Virus record (IMG/VR): IMGVR_UViG_2541047916_000008
Source: a virus
Taxonomy: Duplodnaviria > Heunggongvirae > Uroviricota > Caudoviricetes
Strand: one strand, 5' to 3'
DNA length: 45,879 bases
How positions within the stretch are numbered: the stretch's first letter is position 1; each line of letters starts with the position of its first letter. A program made the position numbers and the translations under genes. The notes under the pieces were generated by a model that saw only the letters and a program-made list of their open reading frames with translations, searched no databases and was not told the origin of the DNA. Positions 27,187-38,568 of this stretch are shown piece after piece.

Positions 27187-30100
27187 TTTGGGGATTGATG
27201 CGGCAGAGTTTAAAAATGAAATTCCCCGTATCAAAAACCTTCTGAATGGTGCAGTCAGCGATGCAGAACGGTCTTCTGCCCGTATGCAGCGTTTTATGGA
27301 GCGTCAGACTCAGGCCGCCCGGCAGACAACGCAGGCAGCTTCTTCGGCTGCAACAGCCGCATCCGTCCATGCGCAGACGGTGGAGAAGAACGCACAGGCT
27401 CATGAACGCATGGCCCGCGAGGTGGAGAAAACCCGCCAGCGCATGGAGGCACTGAGCCAGAAAATGCGCGAGGAACAGGCGCAGGCCATGGCTCTGGCGG
27501 AGGCTCAGGATAAAGCGGCTGCTGCGTTTTATCGTCAGATTGACAGTGTGAAACAGGCCAGTGCGGGGCTGCAGGAATTACAGCGTATTCAGCAGCAGAT
27601 CCGACAGGCCAGAAACAGTGGCGGGATTGGTCAGCAGGATTATCTGGCGCTGATTTCTGAGGTTACTGCGAAAACCCGTGTTCTTACACAGGCTGAGGAA
27701 GAGGCTACCCGACAGAAAGTGGCGTTTATCCGTCAGCTTAAAGAGCAGGCAACCCGCCTGAATCTTTCATCTTCTGAGTTGCTTCGTGCTAAGGCAGCCC
27801 AGCTGGGGGTAAGCAGTGCTGCAGAAGTGTATATCCGCAAAATGGAGCAGGCAGGAAAAGCCACGCATTCGCTGGGTCTGAAAAGTGCAGCAGCCCGCCA
27901 GGAGATAGGCGTTCTGATAGGTGAACTGGCCCGCGGCAATTTAGGGGCGCTGAGGGGATCCGGGATAACGCTGGCTAACCGTGCCGGATGGATAGACACA
28001 CTAATGTCACAGAAAGGCATGATGCTTGGCGGGGTTATTGGCGGTATTGCCGCGGCCGTCTATGGTCTGGGTAAAGCCTGGTATGACGGTCAGAAGGAGG
28101 GGGAAGAATTTAACCGCCAGTTGTCGCTGACGGGGCATTATGCCGGAGTCACTGCCGGGCAGCTGTGGACGCTCAGTCGTGCTATTTCCGGGAATGGTAT
28201 CACGCAACATGCTGCAGCCGGTGCGCTGGCTCAGGTGGTGGGGAGTGGTGCATTTCGTGGAAACGATATCGGTATGGTGGCGAGAGCTGCCGCACAGATG
28301 GAGCGATCGGTTGGCCAGTCGGTCAGCGATACCATAAATCAGTTTAAGCGGCTGAAGGATGATCCTGTAAATGCCGCGAAGGCTCTGGACAATGAGCTGC
28401 ATTTTCTTACTGCCACTCAGCTTGAGCAGATACGCGTCCTTGGGGAGCAGGGGCGGTCCAGTGATGCTGCACGGATAGCCATGTCTGCACTGGCAGAGGA
28501 AACCGGTCGGCGTACTGCGGATATTGATAATAACCTCAATGCGCTTGGCAGTACGCTGAAGTATCTGTCTGATTTGTGGAGTCGTTTCTGGGATGCGGCC
28601 ATGAATATTGGTCGTGAAGACTCGCTGGATGAACAGATTGCCGCTTTACAGGAGAAAGTGTCGCGGGCGAAAAGACTCCCCTGGACGGCATCATCTTCTC
28701 AGGTTGAATACGATCAGCAGCGTCTTAACGATCTTCAGGAGAAAAAACGCCAGAAGGATTTGCAGGATGCAAAAGAGCAGGCAGAGCGGAATTATCAGGA
28801 GCAACAGAAACGCCGTAATGCTGAAAATGCTGCACTGAACCGGATGAATGAAACGGAAGCTGCACGACATCAGCGTGAAATTGCGCGTATTAATGCCATG
28901 CAGTACGCCGATCAGGCTGTCAGGGATGCGGCGATACAACGTGAAAATGAACGTTACGAGAAAGCCCTGGCATCCGGTAAGAAAAAAACACGCGAAACCC
29001 GTAATGATGAGGCCACCCGGTTATTGCTGCAGTACAGTCAGCAACAGGCACAGGTGGAAGGACAGATTGCTGCTGCAAGACAGTCAGCAGGCATTGCCAC
29101 TGAAAAGATGACAGAAGCGCATAAACAGCTTCTGGCTCTGCAGCAGCGCATCAGCGATCTGGACGGGAAAAAACTGACGGCAGATGAAAAGAGTGTGCTG
29201 GCCCGTAAAGATGAACTGATTCAGGCACTGACGCTGCTGGATGTAAAACAGCAGGAGCTTCAGAAACAGACGGCACTCAACGATCTGAAGAAAAAAACAA
29301 TTCAGCTGACCAGTCAACTGGCTGAAGAAGAGCGCGCTCAGCGTCAGCAACATGACCTGGATATCGCCACGGTTGGTATGGGTGATCAGCAGCGGCAGCG
29401 ATATCAGGTACAACTGAGTCTTCGCCAGAAATACCAGCAACAGCTGGAGCAGTTGAGGCGGGATAGTGAGCAGAAAGGGACATATAACACGGATGACTAC
29501 AGAAAGGCCGAGCAGGCGCTGACGGAGAGTCTGAACCGACAACTGAATGAGAATCGCCGTTACTGGCAACAGCTTGAAATTGCTCAGGGTAACTGGAAAA
29601 ACGGAGTCCTGCGTGCACTCCAGAATGTCACTGAGAATGCGGATAACACAGCCGGGACAGTGGAACAGTTGTTCACGTCTGCGTTCAGTAGCATGAGTGA
29701 CTGGCTGGCGACATTCTGTACTACAGGCAAACTCAATTTCAAATCTTTTACTTCTTCTGTGCTGTCAGATATGTCCAGAATCATGGCTCAGATAGCTTTA
29801 ATGAAAGCGGTAAAAGGCATTGCTTCCGCGCTGCCTTTTGATTTTGTAGCCAATGCTGATGGCGGTGTTTATCAGTCGGCTGATTTGAGTCGCTACAGTG
29901 GCACGGTGGTTAACCGTCCGACGTTTTTTGCTTTTGCAAAAGGCGCGGGTGTGATGGGGGAAGCTGGACCTGAAGCCATTCTGCCACTGCGTCGTGGTGC
30001 TGACGGTAAGCTGGGGGTTGTGGCGGATATTGGTGGTTCAGGTATGGCGATGTTTGCCCCGCAGTACAACATCGAGATCAATAACGATGGCACGAACGGG

Positions 30101-30214
30101 CAGATAGGTCCGGCTGCCCTGAAGGTGGTTTATGATCTCGGGAAAAAAGCGGCAGCGGACTTTATGCAACAGCAGGCCCGTGATGGTGGTCGGTTAAGTG
30201 GAGCATATCGGTAA
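27158..30214 (+). CDS. H: Tail tape-measure protein H-like
   Basis: Track ORF 27128..30214; N- and C-terminal segments (LVIDL..DAA.F; INNDGTNGQIGPAALK.VYD) match lambda H from memory; long coiled-coil middle. Confidence 0.8.
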   Translation: MDQIANLVIDLGIDAAEFKNEIPRIKNLLNGAVSDAERSSARMQRFMERQTQAARQTTQAASSAATAASVHAQTVEKNAQAHERMAREVEKTRQRMEALSQKMREEQAQAMALAEAQDKAAAAFYRQIDSVKQASAGLQELQRIQQQIRQARNSGGIGQQDYLALISEVTAKTRVLTQAEEEATRQKVAFIRQLKEQATRLNLSSSELLRAKAAQLGVSSAAEVYIRKMEQAGKATHSLGLKSAAARQEIGVLIGELARGNLGALRGSGITLANRAGWIDTLMSQKGMMLGGVIGGIAAAVYGLGKAWYDGQKEGEEFNRQLSLTGHYAGVTAGQLWTLSRAISGNGITQHAAAGALAQVVGSGAFRGNDIGMVARAAAQMERSVGQSVSDTINQFKRLKDDPVNAAKALDNELHFLTATQLEQIRVLGEQGRSSDAARIAMSALAEETGRRTADIDNNLNALGSTLKYLSDLWSRFWDAAMNIGREDSLDEQIAALQEKVSRAKRLPWTASSSQVEYDQQRLNDLQEKKRQKDLQDAKEQAERNYQEQQKRRNAENAALNRMNETEAARHQREIARINAMQYADQAVRDAAIQRENERYEKALASGKKKTRETRNDEATRLLLQYSQQQAQVEGQIAAARQSAGIATEKMTEAHKQLLALQQRISDLDGKKLTADEKSVLARKDELIQALTLLDVKQQELQKQTALNDLKKKTIQLTSQLAEEERAQRQQHDLDIATVGMGDQQRQRYQVQLSLRQKYQQQLEQLRRDSEQKGTYNTDDYRKAEQALTESLNRQLNENRRYWQQLEIAQGNWKNGVLRALQNVTENADNTAGTVEQLFTSAFSSMSDWLATFCTTGKLNFKSFTSSVLSDMSRIMAQIALMKAVKGIASALPFDFVANADGGVYQSADLSRYSGTVVNRPTFFAFAKGAGVMGEAGPEAILPLRRGADGKLGVVADIGGSGMAMFAPQYNIEINNDGTNGQIGPAALKVVYDLGKKAAADFMQQQARDGGRLSGAYR

Positions 30215-30543
30215 TGGAGACGTTTCACTGGAAAGTGCGCCCGGATATGAATGTGGTATCAGAGCCGAAAGTGGTGACAGTGAAGCTGGGCGATGGTTAT
30301 GAACAGCGTCGTGCGGCGGGACTGAATAACCAGTTGTCGACTTACAGCGTGACGATACGTGTTCGTAAATGTGAACACCCATCTTTAAAAGCCTTTCTGG
30401 AACGGCACGGTGGCGTCCGCGCATTTCAGTGGACGCCACCTTATGACTGGAAGCCGATCAGGGTGGTTTGTCGTAAATGGTCGGCAAGCGTGGGGGCGCT
30501 GTGGGTAACCATAACGGCAGATTTTGAACAGGTCGTGGCATAG
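30214..30543 (+). CDS. M: Minor tail protein M
   Basis: Track ORF, 109 aa; close to lambda M. Confidence 0.8.
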   Translation: METFHWKVRPDMNVVSEPKVVTVKLGDGYEQRRAAGLNNQLSTYSVTIRVRKCEHPSLKAFLERHGGVRAFQWTPPYDWKPIRVVCRKWSASVGALWVTITADFEQVVA

Positions 30544-30552
30544 GAGGCCCTG

Positions 30553-31251
30553 ATGCAGGATATTCCACAGGAAACACATCATGAGACGACACGCCTCACT
30601 CAGTCAGCCCAGGTGGTGCTCTGGGAAATCGATCTGACAGAGGTCGGTGGTGAACGTTATTTTTTCTGTAATGAGCAGAACGAAAAAGGTGAGCCGGTCA
30701 CCTGGCAGGGGCGGCAGTATCAGGCATACCCCATTCAGGGGACAGGATTTGAACTGAACGGCAAGGGCAGTGCTGCCCGTCCGACACTGACGGTTTCTAA
30801 CCTGCACGGTATGGTCACCGGTATGGCGGAAGATCTGCAGAGTCTGGTCGGCGGAACGGTGGTCCGGCGTAAGGTTTACGCCCGTTTTCTGGATGCGGTG
30901 AACTTCGTCAACGGAAACAGTGATGCCGACCCGGAGCAGGAGGTGATCAGCAGCTGGCGCATCGAGCAGTGCAGTGAACTGAGTGCGGTCAGTGCTTCTT
31001 TTGTACTGTCCACGCCGACGGAAACGGATGGTGCTGTTTTTCCGGGGCGCATCATGCTGGCCAACACCTGCACCTGGACCTATCGCGGTGATGAGTGCGG
31101 TTATAGCGGTCCGGCGGTCGCGGATGAATATGACCAGCCGACGTCCGATATCACGAAGGATAAATGCAGCAAATGCCTGAGCGGCTGTAAGTTTCGCAAT
31201 AACGTCGGCAACTTTGGCGGCTTCCTTTCCATTAACAAACTTTCGCAGTAA
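30553..31251 (+). CDS. L: Minor tail protein L
   Basis: Track ORF, 232 aa; C-terminal Cys cluster (CSKCLSGCKF). Confidence 0.8.
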   Translation: MQDIPQETHHETTRLTQSAQVVLWEIDLTEVGGERYFFCNEQNEKGEPVTWQGRQYQAYPIQGTGFELNGKGSAARPTLTVSNLHGMVTGMAEDLQSLVGGTVVRRKVYARFLDAVNFVNGNSDADPEQEVISSWRIEQCSELSAVSASFVLSTPTETDGAVFPGRIMLANTCTWTYRGDECGYSGPAVADEYDQPTSDITKDKCSKCLSGCKFRNNVGNFGGFLSINKLSQ

Positions 31252-31256
31252 ATCCC

Positions 31257-32000
31257 ATGACAGAGACAGAATCAGCGATTCTGGCGCACGCCCTGCGATG
31301 TGCGCCAGCGGAGTCGTGCGGCTTCGTGGTGAGAGCGCCGGAGGGGGAAAGATATTTTCCCTGCGTGAATATTTCCGGTGAGCCGGAGGATTATTTCCGG
31401 ATGGCTCCGGAGGACTGGCTGCAGGCAGAGATGCAGGGTGAGATTGTGGCACTGGTCCACAGTCATCCCGGTGGTCTGCCCTGGCTGAGTGAGGCTGACC
31501 GGCGGCTGCAGGTGCAGAGTGATTTGCCGTGGTGGCTGGTCTGCCGGGGGGCGATTCACAAGTTCCGCTGTGTGCCACATCTTACCGGGCGTCGCTTTGA
31601 GCACGGGGTGACGGACTGTTACACGCTGTTCCGGGATGCTTATCATCTGGCGGGGATTGAGATGCCGGATTTTCATCGCGGGGATGACTGGTGGCGTAAC
31701 GGTCAGAATCTCTATCTTGGCAATATGGAGGCGACTGGTTTTTACCGTGTCGCACTGACAGAGGCGCAGCCTGGCGACGTGCTGCTGTGCTGCTTTGGTT
31801 CATCGGTGCCGAATCATGCCGCAATTTACTGCGGCGACGGCGAGCTGCTGCACCATATTCCTGAACAACTGAGTAAACGAGAGAGGTATACCGACAAATG
31901 GCAGCGACGCACACACTCCCTCTGGCGTCACCGGGAATGGCACGCATCTGCCTTTACGGGGATTTACAACGATTTGGCCGCCGCATCGACCTTCGTGTGA
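31257..32000 (+). CDS. K: Tail assembly protein K (MPN/JAMM plus NlpC/P60-like)
   Basis: Track ORF; JAMM-like HSHP motif; C-terminal NlpC/P60-like Cys/His. Confidence 0.75.
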   Translation: MTETESAILAHALRCAPAESCGFVVRAPEGERYFPCVNISGEPEDYFRMAPEDWLQAEMQGEIVALVHSHPGGLPWLSEADRRLQVQSDLPWWLVCRGAIHKFRCVPHLTGRRFEHGVTDCYTLFRDAYHLAGIEMPDFHRGDDWWRNGQNLYLGNMEATGFYRVALTEAQPGDVLLCCFGSSVPNHAAIYCGDGELLHHIPEQLSKRERYTDKWQRRTHSLWRHREWHASAFTGIYNDLAAASTFV

Positions 32001-32545
32001 AAACGGGGGCTGAAGCCATCCGGGCGCTGGCCACGCAGCTTCCGTCGTTTCGCCAGAAACTGAATGAGGGCTGGTATCAGGTGCGCATTGCCGGGCGTGA
32101 TGCAGGCGAAAATGAATTATCTGCCCGTCTTAATGAGCCGCTGGAAAATGGTGCCGTGATTCACATCGTGCCGCGTATGGCGGGAGCTAAAAGTGGCGGT
32201 GTGTTTCAGGTGGTGCTGGGGGCGGCGCTGATTGCGGTGGCATGGTGGAACCCTGTGGGCTGGCTGGGTGCTGCGGCTGTATCGGGCATGTATGCGGCAG
32301 GGGCCGGTATGATTCTGGGTGGTGTGGCCCAGATGCTGGCACCGAAAGCCAGGACGCCCACGGCAGCCAGTACAGATAACGGCAAACAGAACACCTATTT
32401 CTCCTCACTGGATAACATGGTTGCTCAGGGCAATGTTCTGCCTGTTCTGTACGGTGAAATGCGTGTGGGGTCGCGGGTGGTTTCTCAGGAGATCAGCACG
32501 GCAGACGAAGGTGACGGTGGTCAGGTTGTGGTGATTGGTCGCTGA
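31898..32545 (+). CDS. I: Tail assembly protein I
   Basis: Track ORF overlapping K 3' end as in lambda; hydrophobic Gly/Ala-rich middle; true start may be internal Met at about 31937. Confidence 0.65.
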   Translation: MAATHTLPLASPGMARICLYGDLQRFGRRIDLRVKTGAEAIRALATQLPSFRQKLNEGWYQVRIAGRDAGENELSARLNEPLENGAVIHIVPRMAGAKSGGVFQVVLGAALIAVAWWNPVGWLGAAAVSGMYAAGAGMILGGVAQMLAPKARTPTAASTDNGKQNTYFSSLDNMVAQGNVLPVLYGEMRVGSRVVSQEISTADEGDGGQVVVIGR

Positions 32546-32605
32546 TGCAAAATGTTTTATGTGAAACCGCCTGCGGGCGGTTTTGTCGTTTATGGAGCAT
32601 GACGA

Positions 32606-33793
32606 ATGGGTAAAGGCAGCAGTAAGGGGCATACCCCGCGCGAAGCGAAGGACAACCTGAAGTCCACGCAGTTGCTGAGTGTGATCGATGCCATCAGCGA
32701 AGGGCCGGTTGAAGGTCCGGTGGATGGGTTAAAAAGCGTGCTGCTGAACAGTACGCCGGTGCTGGACAGTGAGGGGAATACCAATATCTCCGGTGTCACG
32801 GTGGTGTTCCGGGCAGGTGAGCAGGAGCAGACACCGCCGGAGGGGTTTGAATCCTCCGGCTCCGAGACGGTGCTGGGTACGGAAGTGAAATATGACACGC
32901 CGATCACCCGGACCATCACGTCGGCAAACATCGACCGTCTGCGCTTTACCTTCGGTGTACAGGCACTGGTGGAAACCACCTCAAAGGGAGACAGGAATCC
33001 GTCGGAAGTTCGCCTGCTGGTTCAGATACAGCGTAACGGTGGCTGGGTGACGGAAAAAGACATCACCATTAAGGGCAAAACCACCTCGCAGTATCTGGCC
33101 TCGGTGGTGGTGGATAACCTGCCTCCGCGCCCGTTCAATATCCGGATGCGCAGGATGACACCGGACAGCACCACAGACCAGCTGCAGAACAAAACGCTCT
33201 GGTCGTCATACACCGAAATCATCGATGTGAAACAGTGCTACCCGAACACGGCACTGGTCGGCGTGCAGGTGGATTCGGAGCAGTTCGGCAGCCAGCAGGT
33301 GAGCCGTAATTATCATCTGCGCGGGCGTATTCTGCAGGTGCCGTCGAATTATAACCCGCAGACGCGGCAATACAGCGGTATCTGGGACGGAACGTTAAAA
33401 CCAGCATACAGCAACAACATGGCCTGGTGTCTGTGGGATATGCTGACCCACCCGCGCTACGGCATGGGGAAACGTCTTGGTGCGGCGGATGTGGACAAAT
33501 GGGCGCTGTATGTCATCGGCCAGTACTGCGACCAGTCAGTGCCGGACGGCTTTGGCGGCACGGAGCCGCGCATCACCTGTAATGCGTACCTGACCACACA
33601 GCGCAAGGCGTGGGATGTGCTCAGTGATTTCTGCTCGGCGATGCGCTGTATGCCGGTATGGAACGGGCAGACGCTGACGTTCGTGCAGGACCGACAGTCG
33701 GATAAGGTGTGGACCTATAACCGCAGTAATGTGGTGATGCCGGATGATGGCGCGCCGTTCCGCTACAGCTTCAGCGCCCTGAAGGACCGCCTA
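32606..33793 (+). pseudogene. J: Tail tip/host-specificity gene J, N-terminal fragment (interrupted by IS insertion)
   Basis: Near-identical in recollection to lambda J residues 1 to about 395 (MGKGSSKGHTPREAKDNLK...FRYSFSALKDR), then reading frame leaves J after Arg codon 33788-33790. Confidence 0.8.
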
Positions 33794-33884
33794 TGAGACG
33801 ACAATAACTCAGTCCGCCTGGCGCCGATTATTCTGGCCGGTTTTGTAACCTGAGTGTCATTTACATGATCCAACAGGAAATGGC

Positions 33885-35384
33885 GTGACGCTCAATACTT
33901 CTCAGGTCAGTTACTATATGACTCAGCGTAAGAAAGGTATAACTCAGCATATCTCGGCCATGAAGGCTGGTATCTCAGTCCGTTCTGGTCGTCGGATCGA
34001 AAAAGGAGAGTGGGCAAAAAACAGTGTTCGGCACTGGCGCACACGCAAAGATCCTCTGGAAGCTGTGTGGGACAGCATGCTTGTTCCTCTGTTGAAAGAG
34101 AGGCCGGCTCTGACACCAACAACTCTGCTGGAGATGCTACAGGATAAATATCCCGGCCAGTACCCCAACAGCCTTCGAAGAACAATGCAACGGCGGGTCC
34201 GCGAATGGAAGCTACAGTATGGTGCAGAGCAGGAGGTCATGTTCCGCCAGCGACATCAGCCCGGTCTGCGAGGTCTGTCGGACTTTACTGAACTGAAAGG
34301 TGTAGTTGTCACCATCGCCGGTAAGTTGTTGGCGCATAAGTTGTATCACTTCCGTCTGGAATGGAGCCACTGGAGCTGGATGCGGGTTGTGCTGGGTGGT
34401 GAGAGCTTCTCTGCTCTGGCTGAAGGTCTGCAGGAAGCCCTCGGACAACTGGGCGGAGTGCCGGTAGAACATAAAACGGACAGCCTGAGGGCAGCATGGA
34501 AACAACAGGGCGAAGATGGACGCCGCGAGCTGACTGAGCGTTATGCTGCTCTCTGTCAGCACTACGGAATGCAGGGCGTACACAATAATGCCGGTCGGGG
34601 CCACGAAAATGGCTCGGTTGAAAGTGCCCACGGACATCTGAAAAGGCGTATCTGTCAGGCGCTGATACTGCGGGGCAGTAACGACTTCAGCACCATAGAA
34701 GAATATCAGGCCTTCATCACTCAGCAGGTTATGCGGCACAACCGTAACAATCAGGATCTGGTCAAGGAAGAACGTCTTCATCTGAAACCGCTGCCGCTTC
34801 GTCGCAGTGCTGACTATGATGAGCTGACTGTGAGGGTTAGCCGCAGCAGTACCATCAATGTGAAGCACGTCGTCTACAGCGTACCTTCCCGGCTTGTAGG
34901 TCAACTGTTACGGGTCCGGTTATGGGACGATCGTCTGAGCTGTTACGTTGGCAGCAGCGAGGTCATGAGCTGCCCACGTGTCAGACCAGAAAAAGGGAAG
35001 ACGCGGGCCCGTCGTATCGACTTCCGACATGTGATCGACAGTCTGGCAAAAAAGCCCGGTGCGTTCTGCCATGCAACGCTGAGAAATGACATCCTGCCAG
35101 ACGATGAATGGCGGAGGCTGTGGCGTCGCTTATGTAATCATCTGGAACCCGACATGGCAGGCAGGCTGATGGTACATGCTCTGAAACTGGCTGCAGGATA
35201 CGACGATATCTCAGTCGTGGCAAAAGGTATGGAGCAGATGCTGAATACCCCGGGAAACGTGGATCTGCACCGGCTGATGCGCTTCCTGGGTATAAAGGAA
35301 AAGGCGTTGCCGGTAGTCAATGTGAAACAGCATAACCTGAGCAGTTATGAGCAACTACTGCGTGGCAAGGGAGGTTCGCAGTGA
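33885..35384 (+). CDS. istA: IS21-family transposase IstA
   Basis: Track ORF, 499 aa, N-terminal HTH and DDE-type integrase core typical of IstA; GTGA overlap with istB. Confidence 0.75.
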   Translation: MTLNTSQVSYYMTQRKKGITQHISAMKAGISVRSGRRIEKGEWAKNSVRHWRTRKDPLEAVWDSMLVPLLKERPALTPTTLLEMLQDKYPGQYPNSLRRTMQRRVREWKLQYGAEQEVMFRQRHQPGLRGLSDFTELKGVVVTIAGKLLAHKLYHFRLEWSHWSWMRVVLGGESFSALAEGLQEALGQLGGVPVEHKTDSLRAAWKQQGEDGRRELTERYAALCQHYGMQGVHNNAGRGHENGSVESAHGHLKRRICQALILRGSNDFSTIEEYQAFITQQVMRHNRNNQDLVKEERLHLKPLPLRRSADYDELTVRVSRSSTINVKHVVYSVPSRLVGQLLRVRLWDDRLSCYVGSSEVMSCPRVRPEKGKTRARRIDFRHVIDSLAKKPGAFCHATLRNDILPDDEWRRLWRRLCNHLEPDMAGRLMVHALKLAAGYDDISVVAKGMEQMLNTPGNVDLHRLMRFLGIKEKALPVVNVKQHNLSSYEQLLRGKGGSQ

Positions 35385-36136
35385 GCAATATCCATCACCT
35401 TGAACGCAGCCTGCGTAAACTACGCCTGACACGAGTTGGAGCTGAATGGCACGCTCTGGAAAAACGAGCACTGGCAGAAGGCTGGACACCATCGCGCTAT
35501 CTTCTGACGCTATGCAATGAAGAACTCCTGTGGCGCGAGAGTGAAAAACTGCGTCGTTATAAAAAGGAGGCCCGGTTGCCAGTTGCCAAAACGCTAAGCG
35601 AATACGACTTCAGTCAGGTGCCGGAACTGAATGGAGCTCAGTTCCGGCAACTCTGTGAAACGACAGACTGGGTTGATGCAGGAGAAAACGTTCTGCTGTT
35701 CGGAGCCAGCGGGTTGGGGAAAAGCCATCTGGCGGCAGCGATCGTGGATGGCGTAGTAGGCCAGGGCTACCGGGCCCGGTTCTACAGCGCAGGAGAGTTG
35801 TTGCAGGAACTACGTAAAGCCAGAGCGCAGTTGAAACTGAATGAGCTGCTACTGAAACTGGATCGCTACCGGGTGATAGTGGTGGATGATCTTGGCTATG
35901 TCAAACGCGACAGCGCCGAAACGGGAGTACTGTTCGAGTTAATAGCGCATCGCTATGAACGTGGGAGCCTGGTGATAACCAGTAACCATCCGTTCAGCAT
36001 GTGGGGCAGCATCTTCGTGGATGAGACTATGGCGGTGGCGGCGGCAGACCGGCTGATCCATCACGGATATATGTTCGAACTGAAAGGTGAAAGCTACAGG
36101 AAAAAGACAGCGAAGGCAGTAACAAGCGCGACTTGA
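35381..36136 (+). CDS. istB: IS21-family helper ATPase IstB
   Basis: Track ORF, 251 aa; Walker A GASGLGKSH and Walker B VIVVDDLG. Confidence 0.8.
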   Translation: MSNIHHLERSLRKLRLTRVGAEWHALEKRALAEGWTPSRYLLTLCNEELLWRESEKLRRYKKEARLPVAKTLSEYDFSQVPELNGAQFRQLCETTDWVDAGENVLLFGASGLGKSHLAAAIVDGVVGQGYRARFYSAGELLQELRKARAQLKLNELLLKLDRYRVIVVDDLGYVKRDSAETGVLFELIAHRYERGSLVITSNHPFSMWGSIFVDETMAVAAADRLIHHGYMFELKGESYRKKTAKAVTSAT

Positions 36137-36203
36137 TGTCGCACTGAAGGGTGCGGCCAGTATAGTTGGCGCGAGTCGGCAAAACTAGTTGACGTCTAAT
36201 AAC

Positions 36204-38501
36204 CGCCATAATGCCGTTGAGGTGAACTGGATTGACCCGAACAACGGCTGGGAGACGGCGACAGAGCTTGTTGAAGATACGCAGGCCATTGCCCGTTACG
36301 GTCGTAATGTTACGAAGATGGATGCCTTTGGCTGTACCAGCCGGGGGCAGGCACACCGCGCCGGGCTGTGGCTGATTAAAACGGAGCTGCTGGAGACGCA
36401 GACCGTGGATTTCAGCGTCGGCGCAGAAGGGCTTCGCCATGTACCGGGCGATGTTATTGAAATCTGCGATGATGACTATGCCGGTATCAGCACCGGTGGT
36501 CGTGTGCTGGCGGTGAACAGCCAGACCCGGACGCTGACGCTCGACCGTGAAATCACGCTGCCATCCTCCGGTACCACGCTGATAAGCCTGGTTGACGGAA
36601 GTGGCAATCCGGTCAGCGTGGAGGTTCAGTCCGTCACCGACGGCGTGAAGGTAAAAGTGAGCCGTGTTCCTGAGGGTGTTGCTGAATACAGCGTATGGGG
36701 GCTGAAGCTGCCGACGCTGCGCCAGCGCCTGTTCCGCTGCGTGAGTATCCGTGAGAACGACGACGGCACGTATGCCATCACCGCCGTGCAGCATGTGCCG
36801 GAAAAAGAGGCCATCGTGGATAACGGGGCGCACTTTGACGGCGAACAGAGTGGCACGGTGAATGGTGTCACGCCGCCAGCGGTGCAGCACCTGACCGCAG
36901 AAGTCACTGCAGACAGCGGGGAATATCAGGTGCTGGCGCGATGGGACACACCGAAGGTGGTGAAGGGCGTGAGCTTCCTGCTTCGCCTGACCGTGGCAGC
37001 GGATGACGGCAGTGAGCGGCTGGTCAGCACGGCCCGGACGACGGAAACCACATACCGCTTCACGCAACTGGCGCTGGGAAACTACAGGCTGACAGTCCGG
37101 GCGGCAAATGCCTGGGGGCAGCAGGGCGATCCGGCATCGGTATCGTTCCGTATTGCCGCACCGGCAGCGCCGTCGCGGATTGAGCTGACGCCGGGCTATT
37201 TTCAGATAACCGCCACGCCCCATCTTGCCGTTTATGATCCGACGGTACAGTTTGAGTTCTGGTTCTCGGAAAAGCGGATTGCAGATATCAGGCAGGTTGA
37301 AACCACAGCACGCTATCTTGGCACGGCGCTGTACTGGATAGCCGCCAGTATCAATATCAAACCGGGCCATGATTATTATTTTTACATTCGCAGTGTGAAC
37401 ACCGTTGGCAAATCGGCATTTGTGGAGGCTGTTGGCCAGCCGAGTGATGATGCATCCGGCTATCTGGATTTTTTCAAAGGAGAGATAGGGAAAACCCATC
37501 TGGCTCAGGAGTTGTGGACGCAGATTGATAACGGTCAGCTTGCGCCTGACCTGGCTGAAATCAGGACGTCCATTACGGATGTCAGCAATGAAATCACGCA
37601 GACCGTCAATAAGAAACTGGAAGACCAGAGTGCAGCGATCCAGCAGATACAGAAGGTTCAGGTTGATACAAATAATAACCTGAACAGCATGTGGGCTGTG
37701 AAGCTGCAGCAGATGCAGGACGGACGCCTTTATATCGCGGGTATTGGTGCCGGTGTTGAGAATACCCCTGACGGTATGCAGAGTCAGGTGCTGCTGGCGG
37801 CGGACAGGATTGCGATGGTTAATCCTGCGAATGGCAACACAAAGCCGATGTTTGTTGGTCAGGGCGATCAGATATTTATGAATGAAGTGTTCCTGAAATA
37901 TCTGACGGCTCCCACCATTACCAGCGGCGGTAATCCTCCGGCATTTTCCCTGACACCGGACGGGCGGCTGACGGCGAAAAATGCCGATATCAGCGGTAAC
38001 GTGAATGCGAACTCCGGGACGCTCAACAACGTCACGATTAACGAGAACTGCCGGGTTCTGGGAAAACTGTCCGCGAACCAGATTGAAGGCGATCTCGTTA
38101 AAACAGTGGGCAAAGCTTTCCCCCGGGACTCCCGTGCACCGGAACGGTGGCCATCAGGGACCATTACCGTCAGGATTTATGACGATCAGCCGTTTGACCG
38201 GCAGATTGTTATTCCGGCGGTGGCATTCAGCGGCGCTAAACATGAGAGAGAGCATACTGATATTTACTCCTCATGCCGTCTGATAGTGCGGAAAAACGGT
38301 GCTGAAATTTATAACCGTACCGCGCTGGATAATACGCTGATTTACAGTGGCGTTATTGATATGCCTGCCGGTCACGGTCACATGACGCTGGAGTTTTCGG
38401 TGTCAGCATGGCTGGTAAATGACTGGTATCCCACAGCAAGTATCAGCGATTTGCTGGTTGTGGTGATGAAGAAAGCCACCGCAGGCATCAGTATCAGCTG
38501 A
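36204..38501 (+). pseudogene. J: Tail tip gene J, C-terminal fragment (resumes after IS)
   Basis: Track ORF 36189..38501; from codon at 36207 ([16 protein letters not shown]...) matches lambda J continuation; extreme C-terminus differs from lambda J (different receptor-binding region). Confidence 0.8.
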
Positions 38502-38568
38502 ATTTTATAACCCCAATACGGGCGTCAGAAATGACGCCTTTTTTATTGCAGAAAAGCGAGAGGTAATT

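Larger units (their letters stand above)
33792..36201 (+). mobile_element. IS21-family insertion sequence (about 2.4 kb) inserted in J
   Basis: istA/istB pair; imperfect terminal inverted repeats TATGAGACGACAA (left) and TATTAGACGTCAA (right, reverse complement); flanked by direct repeat accgcc (33786-33791 and 36202-36207). Confidence 0.7.

Noticed and set aside
30604-31578. 324-aa minus-strand ORF
   Set aside because: Antisense to tail genes L and K; Pro/Ala/Arg-rich composition typical of spurious antisense frames.
36027-37499. 490-aa minus-strand ORF
   Set aside because: Antisense to istB and the J C-terminal fragment, both of which have strong independent support; GC-rich antisense frame artefact.
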